This document shows, in pieces, positions 54,320-64,000 of a stretch of 64,000 nt of DNA. The number at the start of each line of letters is the position of its first letter. Position 1 is the stretch's first letter. The DNA lies in the NCBI RefSeq assembly GCF_001194135.2, contig NC_068982.1:111972551-112036550 (forward strand), given 5' to 3'. The notes beneath the pieces are model-generated. The model did no database searches. It worked only from the letters and a program-made list of their open reading frames with translations, and was not told the DNA's origin. This stretch comes from Octopus bimaculoides (taxonomy: Eukaryota). Position numbers and translations under genes: made by a program.

Positions 54320-54530
54320 CATATATATGTGGGTTTTTACGGATTTTATATTTTTATATTTCTATATTTTTAACTTAACCTTATGAACTCTATAAAATCT
54401 CTGAAGAGGCCTAGAGAATCATCCATGTACCTCTATTTCATCTATCAGTTACTTCAGTCTACTGCAGTGATAAAGATAGAATGAGGCATGTCACCTCTAG
54501 GCTGAAACAGCTGCAAGTATCTATCACATT
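54320..54530 (+). mobile_element. PLE pseudo-LTR-like remnant with a degenerate hammerhead-like motif and extended stem II
   Basis: CTGAAGA (54401-54407), a 9-bp stem GGCCTAGAG/CTCTAGGCT enclosing a 78-nt imperfect hairpin, and GAAAC-AGCT-G (54504-54513). Confidence 0.5.
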
Positions 54531-54729
54531 TTCTGTCACTATATGTCATTTTTTAATTATTGATATGACATAATATGTCACATGTGTTTCTATATTGTTA
54601 CATTGTCCTTTTAGTAAAAAAATAAACAAGTAAATTGACACAATACAATGTCTGCATGCTGATGAATACCACTTATTCCCTTCCAATTTCTTATTGCTAT
54701 ATATATAATATATATTATCTGTCACTTGT

Positions 54730-54812
54730 TTTAGTCCTTAGACTGGCGGCCATGCTCGGGCACCAACTTGAAGTACTTTAGTCGAATGAATTGACCCCAG
54801 TACTTATTTTTG
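54730..54812 (-). mobile_element. Short SINE fragment related to 28860-28950
   Basis: Shares the gcggccatgct-ggcacc and gtcgaa..attgaccccagtacttattt motifs. Confidence 0.6.
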
Positions 54813-54880
54813 TCAGTCTCTGTGTCTTTCTCCCAGTCTCTTACTCTGTTTCTCTCTCTCTCTATGCATGTATGTTTGTT

Positions 54881-54919
<39 letters not shown>

Positions 54920-54959
54920 NNNNNNNNNNATGCGAGTATGTGTGTTTGTATCCATCCAT

Positions 54960-54996
<37 letters not shown>

Positions 54997-55007
54997 CATT
55001 AATCAGA

Positions 55008-55043
<36 letters not shown>

Positions 55044-58000
55044 AAGATACTGGCCTAAAAATACAAACTCATATATTGCATCGTGGGGCATAAATTTGAT
55101 CATCTGTTTCCATAAATTTGATCATCTGTTTCCTAAATTTGCTGCTGTGTTGCAAATATTAAATAAAATGTTCCATTCGTATAAGTTTTGATATATTTCA
55201 CGTACAATGCGTTAAATATGATCTTACATCTTTTGATAACATTTATATTTCCTCTCACTGTTAATTTTTTTTCTCTTTTTATGATTCAGTATCTTTGCAG
55301 AACCGTTAGAATGTCGGACTAAAGGATTTCTATTATTTAAATACTTTCTTATAAGTTCAGATTTTGTATCCTACCGATGTCGACATTCTCTTTTACAGTT
55401 CCGATGATCGATAAAATAAAGTGCAAGTCAAATCACCAAGATTGATTTAATTGACTGTTCATCTTTCCCTAATTAAAGATTAAGGCTTTGTGATTGTATC
55501 AAAGTCGATAATTTACAGCTGCATGAAGACTATATATAACAGTTGGTACGAGATAACAAATGTTGTTGTATCTAATTTGACTCGATGAAAAGTCTTTTTA
55601 TTAACCCCTAATCGGGAATGGGATTAGGGAATGTACTTAATCCTAGTTTCAGAGACACAACTTTACTGAGTGGAACGTCCTCTTTTGTTTAATAAAATCA
55701 GGCATGTAGAATAGTGTTGTTCTTGTAGCTGTTAATAATGGTGTTAATGTTGTTAGCCTCAAGTTATTCAACGCCATCTTTGAACTACAAAGTATATATA
55801 ATAAATTAATCATTAAACTACAACATATTGATTTTTTATATAGGTACAAAGTCACAAACGTTGAAAGAAGTGTAATAATATGTAGGTGGTCAAATCAGCC
55901 TTAGTGGTTGACTGATATTTAAGTCTATCGACCCTGAAACATGGGAGTTAAAATTGACCTTAGCAGCATTTGAACTTCGGACGCAAGAAGAGATATATCA
56001 TAAAATCAATGCAAGAGCATTAATCATTAAACTGAGCATCGATATTGTATATTAATTATCGTACAAAACCATCCAAGGAATCCATTCTGTCCAGACAGAC
56101 ATTAAAATACATATACACAAACAAAAAATATAAGTTTATTTGCCTGAAACTGTTTATCGAGTATGATCTTACATTAGATAGAGGCATAGGATATCCGGAG
56201 CTATTTACGATCGATTGAACTTAATTGTTCGGATGATTACCTGCAGACCATAGGTATGTTGAATCAATGCTGATTTGTCATACAGAAAAAGGCTGGACAG
56301 TAAAAACAGAAAAACTTGCTAAAACTGCTATACATTGTTTAAGAAGTATTGTTCGAATGTTAAGAGGCAAAACCATGATGTTTTTCAGGATCTGTGAAAC
56401 TGGAAGATGGAAGAGAAGATGTTATCATCAGGCTGGATAACCTGGACCAACCTTTTGCAACAAAGTAGACTCTGCTAACAACGTCCAAAGAATAGCTGGT
56501 GGTGTAAAACCGGGTGATAGATTAAGTCTGCCACTGAAGAACAGAATTGTTTTTGCCGACGGGAGTCTACGCCGCTTCCATCAATATTATGTCAGTCACA
56601 TAGCTTCTATTGAACCTTTACTGCAAACTATATTATTTACTCAAAGCACCACGTGGTGGGTTCGAATTTACCTAGTTTCAAATCTGTCATCAATTAGCCG
56701 TACATATGGTTTATCTAATCAATAAATCTGTAGATTACCCCTGTTAATTCCCTACGTGCCAAGGCTTAAACAGTCATAGCTGGTTTGCAGTTACACGAGA
56801 ACAAGAATAAACATTAATAAGTTCAAGTCACTTTAATATATTTCAACGACTCTTATAAAAATATGCTTAGAGTTAGATGAAGAAATCATTCATTGGAATG
56901 TGTTTGTAATACGCCTTCACGTTGTTGACGATCCTGTTAGATCTCTATTATCTTTGAAAATTTCCCAAACCTCCTTGGATTTATTTATTCCACTGAATAT
57001 TCTAAACTTCATACAATATCAGAATTATCATAATTATTAAAATAAAAAATGGTGTTAGAAAGAAAAAAAACATCATTTCAGTTGTCTGTCACAACTACCT
57101 TATCTCAACTCTGCAAAGTAAATTCCATAATCATGCTTTGTTAGTTATATATCTCTGGTGACTAGGGTCATTCGATCCGAGGATCAGTTTTACTTTTGCT
57201 TCACTAATCCCGAGTAGCTTGTATCAGTAATGCACATTGTTCAAGCGACGATACATCCACTCATCTTGTAACATGTCGGCATTGATCCTCATGAAATGAA
57301 ATAATTCCTATTAGCTGATTTAAAAATAAGATCTGTATTGAGAATGGCTAAAGTAATTTCTTACTATTGCCAAAGGTTTAACTCGTTGATTAGGATCCGT
57401 TTACTCAGTGAAACTCATCCACAACGCATCTCTGTGTGCGAATAAAAATATAATTTCCTATATCTTTGTGTATTTAATGTATATCTAACAATTTGATTCC
57501 TAAGAGCGCACATCTTAATAGGTTTATCGATTTAAAATTAATCTGTTTCCATATAGATAAATTAATGATGGTCATATGGAAAGCAATTTATTTGTTTTTT
57601 ACGATGAATTCATTGTAAAGTTTACGGCATGAATACCTCATCTCATTCTTTAAGAACGAGAAAATCGAAATATTTTAGATAAAGGCTTCATTTGAAATGT
57701 ACTTCTGTGATGTTAATGTTAGAGTATGGAGTAATTAAATATTACTGAATGGCTGAGTTAATTTAATGTTGGGGGCAATCTAATATTGCTCCGAGTCTTA
57801 GGCAATTGTATGTAGTTGGTTGATTAAGGATTCTGGTGCCTACTTGACACTTGAGGTGATTTAATGTTGCTAGGAGACCCACGTAATTAAACGTTGCTGG
57901 ATATAGTAGAATTGATATTTAATGTTCTCACTTGCACGACGTAATGATTTCTTTCATTGGCCACAAGGGCTGATGCTGTCGAGATAATGAAACTTTGCTG

Positions 58001-61000
58001 TATTGTTAGCGATCAGTTCATAAAAGTTGGCAACTATGATGGTCAAAACGGTGGTAGATAGATTACCTATAATCTGGACAATTGTATACTTTGAAGAGTA
58101 AGCGATGATTTAAAACTGTTGTTCATGAAGGATTAGTGCTGTTGGTGTTGTCAATGTAACAAATTTCATTTTGATCAAGTAATTAATCTTATAACACGAG
58201 ACCTATATTGGCGGCGGTTTTCATTTAAAAATGTGGAAGAAGGTTAACTCTGGCAATAAATATATGAATTAATAAAAGTAAAATGGTGCCTGCTCCAATA
58301 AGTGGGGTGAGAACTAACTCTAACAACAGTATGTTGCATGTGATTCATTGTTTCCAGATAACATAACTTTTAACCAGCGCGTGTAAAATTTGATATGAGA
58401 TTTTGTTAGGTACATATACTACAGAAAGTTTCGATTTTTTGATTTATACTGAAATTATATCACTTATTTATTTAGGAAATGGGAAAAGTCATTCGATTTC
58501 TTTCCCCATCTCTATTACATTGTAAATTCTAGAAACTGAATCCTCCTGCATCGTAAACTCTGAGTTTCACGTTTCCAAATCTGAATCGGAAACATGAATC
58601 TCTGATCTTACTCTTAAAGAGGCTTCAAATTCTAATAAAATATACATACTCTGCTATAAGTATTGAGTTCTTTTGGCTCCGTTTGTAAACACCAACCTTC
58701 ATCATGCATATAAATACACACATAAATGTCAATGTGCGAACTTATAGACTTGTATACACACATATTTCCCTCCCGCAAACGTTTCCCATATACCTGTTAG
58801 TGGGTATCGTTTGCAAGTAATTCCTCAACATAAACTTCACGAAAAGCTTGCCTTTTAATTATCGGCTTCGTGCAATTCTGTCAAGGATATTCGACAAAAT
58901 TAATATTTGTATCGTTTAATATGATCCTACCAAGTGTTGCACAAATCTAGAATTAATATTGATTGAAATTGGAACATCACTTACCAATCTGATAACGGAC
59001 AGAAAAAAAAAAACCAATTTCAGAATTAATTTTCGACGTTAATTTTAATATTTGATCCCGACACTATCTGGAAATATAATTTTTGAAGACCTAAGTCAAT
59101 GTAGGTTATTAGATCGTGGCTGCCGTCACTCATAGTTCTGTAATTTATGATCAGGTTTCAAGCTATAGAATATTTCAGTGTTGGAAGATCTAATTGTTTA
59201 ATTAAAGTGACAGTTTTAGTAGTGCATTTCCACTTTTAGGTATTATTTGAAAAAAATAAAATAAATAAAATAAGCGAACAAGCAGCCCCCACAAAAAACA
59301 AAAAGGACAAAAAAAAAAAAAAACTCCACACTGAAAAAAAAAAAAGCAGATAAACTCTCATAACAGGACACAACTCTATTAAATACTATTCTCCACTGTT
59401 TTTTAGATTAAAAGACAAAGAAATGTAGTAAATTCAACCAGATAATTTACAAAACTGGTAGTATAAAGTATACTGCACTCATAAGCTCAACGTCTGGATG
59501 ATATTTATAAGTTTACCACAACTGTGATATTTGCCTGTGCATAATGTACATTTGAAGTGAAAGTTCATAGACCGTGTAGCTTAACTTATTGAATTATTAT
59601 TCCTGCCAACAGAAAACTTGAATAAGTTTATATGCAGCGAAAGTGGCAAAATCTAAGTTTTACCGTTTAGGTGTAACTTGTTTCCAACCCAAGTAACAAT
59701 ACCACATGTTACTCTTTACTCACAATTTCCAAAACTTTACACTCTTATACACTTCATAGCAAGTAACTTATCAAAATCTCCCTTTTGACCAGTTCCCATT
59801 AGTTTCTACTAGGTTCCTCGATTTCCAGATTTGACTTTGATACGTCTATCCTTTCCAAATGGCGGAATTAACTGTATGGTATCTAGGTTGTAAGCATAAG
59901 GTTCTCACTTGAATCATGGACTTATTTTTGGTTCTTATGTCTTCAGTTTTGGTAGGCGGGTTGGAGGAGGAGATACTAAAATGAAAAGACAAATAATGCC
60001 TACCAGTGTTTGCTCCAGTTCCCTGCTCACATCCAGCTAAGGTCAACTTAGATTTTCATTTTCCCAGGTTGATAAAATTTGGTACCACCCACTTCAGATT
60101 TGGGTGATGGATTGACGGAATAGTTAGAGCACAGCAGTGATACATTATAGTGTTTCATTTTTTATTTTTAGTCTTTGGTTACAGACTTTAACCGTAGGAA
60201 GGATTAGCACTACCTGGTCCTTCGATGCGTCTGTTGAGCTAGGTTACGAAGCCTCTGAAAATTAAGTGTGCTGCCTTTCTTCTCTAAACGGAAAAATATT
60301 CATGGAATTTCAACATGTTGTCCTGTTCAATCAGTGTAAATGAACTTTATCCCATAAGTTCTTGATAAAAATAGATCTCACTATTAGGTATGATGGGAAA
60401 GATTTCTTGACTCTGAACTGATTTACCAAGTAGACAATTCATTTAAAAAAGAGTAAAGACGTATGTTATTATTATGTCCTAGATACAATTTGAGAAAACA
60501 TAAAACAAGTGATCACAAATGGATTTACTTCTAATAGTAATTCTTACTTTCTTTCTTACTTCTGTACAAAACCAGCAATTTTAGGGGAGATGAATTGAGT
60601 TCAAATTCAGCTTACGTTGAATTTGAACTCAGAACGTAAAATAAACAAGAAATGTCGCTTAGCATTTTGTCAACACAACAAAGATTCTGCGAGCATGGTG
60701 GCTTAATAATAAGTAATATTAATAATAACGATGAGAAGGAGGTGGATGAGGAAAATGATGAAGAGTAGGAAGAGGAGGAGAGTTGGACTGACAAAATTGG
60801 CAGGCAGTTGGGCAAAAAGGCTTTGCGGTATTTACGTATCTTTACTGAATCCAATTCGAATTCCACCGAAGACAGCTTTATCTCGCAACCATCCCGGTTT
60901 GATGAAATAGTAAAATCTTTGGATCAATTTAATCGATTATTTTAGTCTCAAATATTTAACCATGTACCAGCGTAAGAAATCCAAGTTATAAGCCATCAGT

Positions 61001-62959
61001 AATTTCTTTCTGGAGTGTATGGGGTGTGGCTAAATTATAGTAACTGAGATGAACCCTCAGTTCTTGACTTGTTCTTATTTTTTTTCGACCTCAGAAAGAT
61101 GGAGGGCAAACGTGATGCCAGCTGGAGTTGAACATAAAAATAGAAATGCAACTAAACCTTGCAAAGCATTTACTCTGGCACTTTTCGAATTTTGAGAACC
61201 AGAGTAAATTCTTAAATATCGAGAGAAGGAATCATGATATCATTCAATCCTGCTGAATATCCACTTCTAATTGAACATAGACTCTAAAATAAGCATCTAA
61301 TTTTCTGACATAGTCCATTATTTATTTTAATATCTTAAAACTAACGGTTAGCAATCAAATGAATATCCAATGATTTAATTATTGAATTTGAATCAGATAA
61401 ATACACTATAGCAGTCATCTATTTAGCGGCAAATGAAAGAGATAGTAAAATATTTTGATTGGTTAACAATTTGTAATTTACTGAGAATCATAAATGTCAT
61501 GAGAATTTCCCAGACCATTTGTTTCATTCATAAAAGAGTACACCGAACTAAAACACCAATATACTTTCCATATATGTTACTTAATATCCTATCAATAAAA
61601 TGTTCGGAAGACAATGCGAGAGGTTTAAATAATATTTTGAAATATCTAATGTTATATTTCATAGTTATTAATCAAATGAGTAAAAAGAGAGAAAAAAGAA
61701 AATAGACTCGCTGACGTTGTGTGTAGGATTAACCCGTTCTCAAGCATAATTTAGTATTGGTCTATGGAACATCTGTGTTCATACAGTAAACAAAAAAAAA
61801 AAGACCCAACAGATTATTACTGAAGTGTAGAGTTGATTATGAAGAAGTAGCAGGCGATGCACATTCATCTTGTGTTTAGTTTGTTGTTGACGTAGAATCA
61901 TTGAGAACAAAATAGATAAGTGACAATTGTTCTGAAAGTGTTGTTATTTAGCTCATACTAGATCTGATTTTATAGAGGTACGGTTGAAACCATTCGATCA
62001 GTGACTATTCTTTCCTCTTTTGATGTTCTTTGTACAGTAAAATAGGCGTCGGACTACATATTCCAATCTATGATTTCACTTTCTTGAGTGAATGACTAAA
62101 GGGAGATTTAACTACTATTTGTAGTAGGTCTAGCAAGATGAATGTAGAATCTAGTATTATTATTTGGTGTGTTAATTTTTATTGTATTGTTTGAAAACGT
62201 TTTGCTAATTCCTTTGATTTTGTTCACAATTGAAATGATAGTTTACTTCATTGTTTTTATAGTTTTTATTTGTATGAATTAAATGTGTAAATGGTTTTCT
62301 GGAAAGTCTACATAAAGATTTTTAAGATAAACACGCACTAGTTTTAAAATTTGAAATTAGCAACCGTCAGGTGGGAAAACAATTTATTCATTGTGCTGTT
62401 TGTATTTTGCTTGTTTGACGATTTCACTATAGCTTTTTGATGTTACTGATATGGAAGATGTTACGGATATTTGTTGCATTTGTATTTTTCTTTTCATTTC
62501 ATTCTCCGCTGGAACATGATTTTAAAGAGTATTTTATAATCAATTAACATTGGTTTCTTACATAATCATGTATATGTATACTGAGTTTGTTTAAAAGCTA
62601 TGATAAAGTAGATTAATCTTTCATCTACTGTGTATTTCAGTATCCAACGCTAACAATTGTTTGTATTATTTTCTTCACTTTTCATTTAGATATTGAATAA
62701 ATGTTATTAACAGCGGTGTTCTTCCTAGAGAGTTAGCAGATAATATATTATTATATTACATTATTTTACTGCATTCTTAGGTGTCAGTTAAATTATAGTA
62801 TTTGGTGTTACGTGACACATATTTTGTATACATTTAAAACAGTGTGGGTACTAGGTAGCTGTGATATATTAAATAACCAGAACGAAAATAAGGTATATAC
62901 GTTAGTTTATATATATATATATATAATTATATATATATAATTATATATANNNNNNNNNN

Positions 62960-62992
<33 letters not shown>

Positions 62993-63728
62993 CATATGTG
63001 TATGTGTGAGTATACACACACACACACACACACACATATATTCATATACATTCGCACACAACACATATGCATGTGCACGCACACATATGTATACGCCTTC
63101 AGTTTTGTTTTTAATGCAAAGATAAAATAATCTCCTGGAAAGAGTCACAGAAGCAAGTCACAAATAAAATCTCATATGGAAATAGAAAGCAAAAAATGTC
63201 CAAGGGTTGCGCAGTTCTGGAGGTTTTAGGCTGTTTCTGTTAAATAGCGACACAAAAAGAAATTTAACGCTGGGTTACTACTTGATGAAAAAGGGAAGTA
63301 AGTTGTACTGAAAAGTAATGAAAATGCAACACAAGAGTATGACATGTTGTATATATAGTATATTAATCAGTTACATGTTTGATTAGTTTTTTAGTGACAT
63401 ACTTTCAGATTGGTTTATCATCGATAGTGATACCAAAATTACGTTAATTATTTCTTCTTTCTTAATTGACATATGGACATTTAAAAGTAAAATTTTCAGA
63501 ATTCGAGAAATAAAGATGCAACCATTGTTATTATAAATATCATTATAGAAAGACAATGGATTATTTGAAGGAAAGACTACAACATTTTGGGCTGGATCCT
63601 TATCCAGAAAGTGAAGATCTCACCAACCAAAAGAGTTGAAACACTACATATATATCGTTATATTTTTCTATCAAGTAGTATCTATGTAATTTCTTATACT
63701 TTCATGCTGATACAAATACATACGGAGA

Positions 63729-63779
<51 letters not shown>
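63729..63779. repeat. (GA)n microsatellite
   Basis: Directly visible. Confidence 0.95.
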
Positions 63780-63781
<2 letters not shown>

Positions 63782-64000
63782 AGAAAGGGAGAGAGTAGGA
63801 GAGAGAGGTGGGGTGGTTGTATCGTAGGTAGATATTGGGTTAGATTGTATGATGAGATGCAGGGAAGGAGATATTGTGATAGATTGTGATTACATTTAAT
63901 TCCTCTCCACCCCCAATCTCCATGGAAACCCAACTGCACAAGTACATTTCTGTTGAATTTTGCAAGTCGATTTTAACATACCCTTTGCTTTTCGTAAGGA

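Overview
AT-rich eukaryotic, mostly non-coding DNA from a gapped short-read assembly. Microsatellite density and the SINE families suggest an octopod cephalopod; this is inference from pattern recognition, not a database result. Almost all ORFs in the supplied track are microsatellite or N-run artefacts, and no complete gene is present. Supportable content: a decayed Tc1 (DD34E-type) transposon with TIRs (37.3-38.7 kb); a 5'-truncated R4/Dong-like retrotransposon sitting inside a (TAA)n tract (6.8-7.3 kb); Penelope-like element (PLE) fragments with GIY-YIG motifs (22.5 kb, 49.1 kb), one flanked by inverted repeats; an internally deleted L1/Tx1-like element (40.1-40.6 kb); a degenerate histone H2B copy (33.1-33.3 kb); several tRNA-derived SINEs; a ~250-bp foldback element; and one plausible first coding exon of an unidentified minus-strand gene (14356-14495). 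The most interesting pattern is a set of type I hammerhead-ribozyme-like motifs in PLE-type contexts. One lies in a short element with a tRNA-derived Pol III head (2.8-3.1 kb), which suggests a tRNA-headed, ribozyme-bearing non-autonomous partner of Penelope elements.
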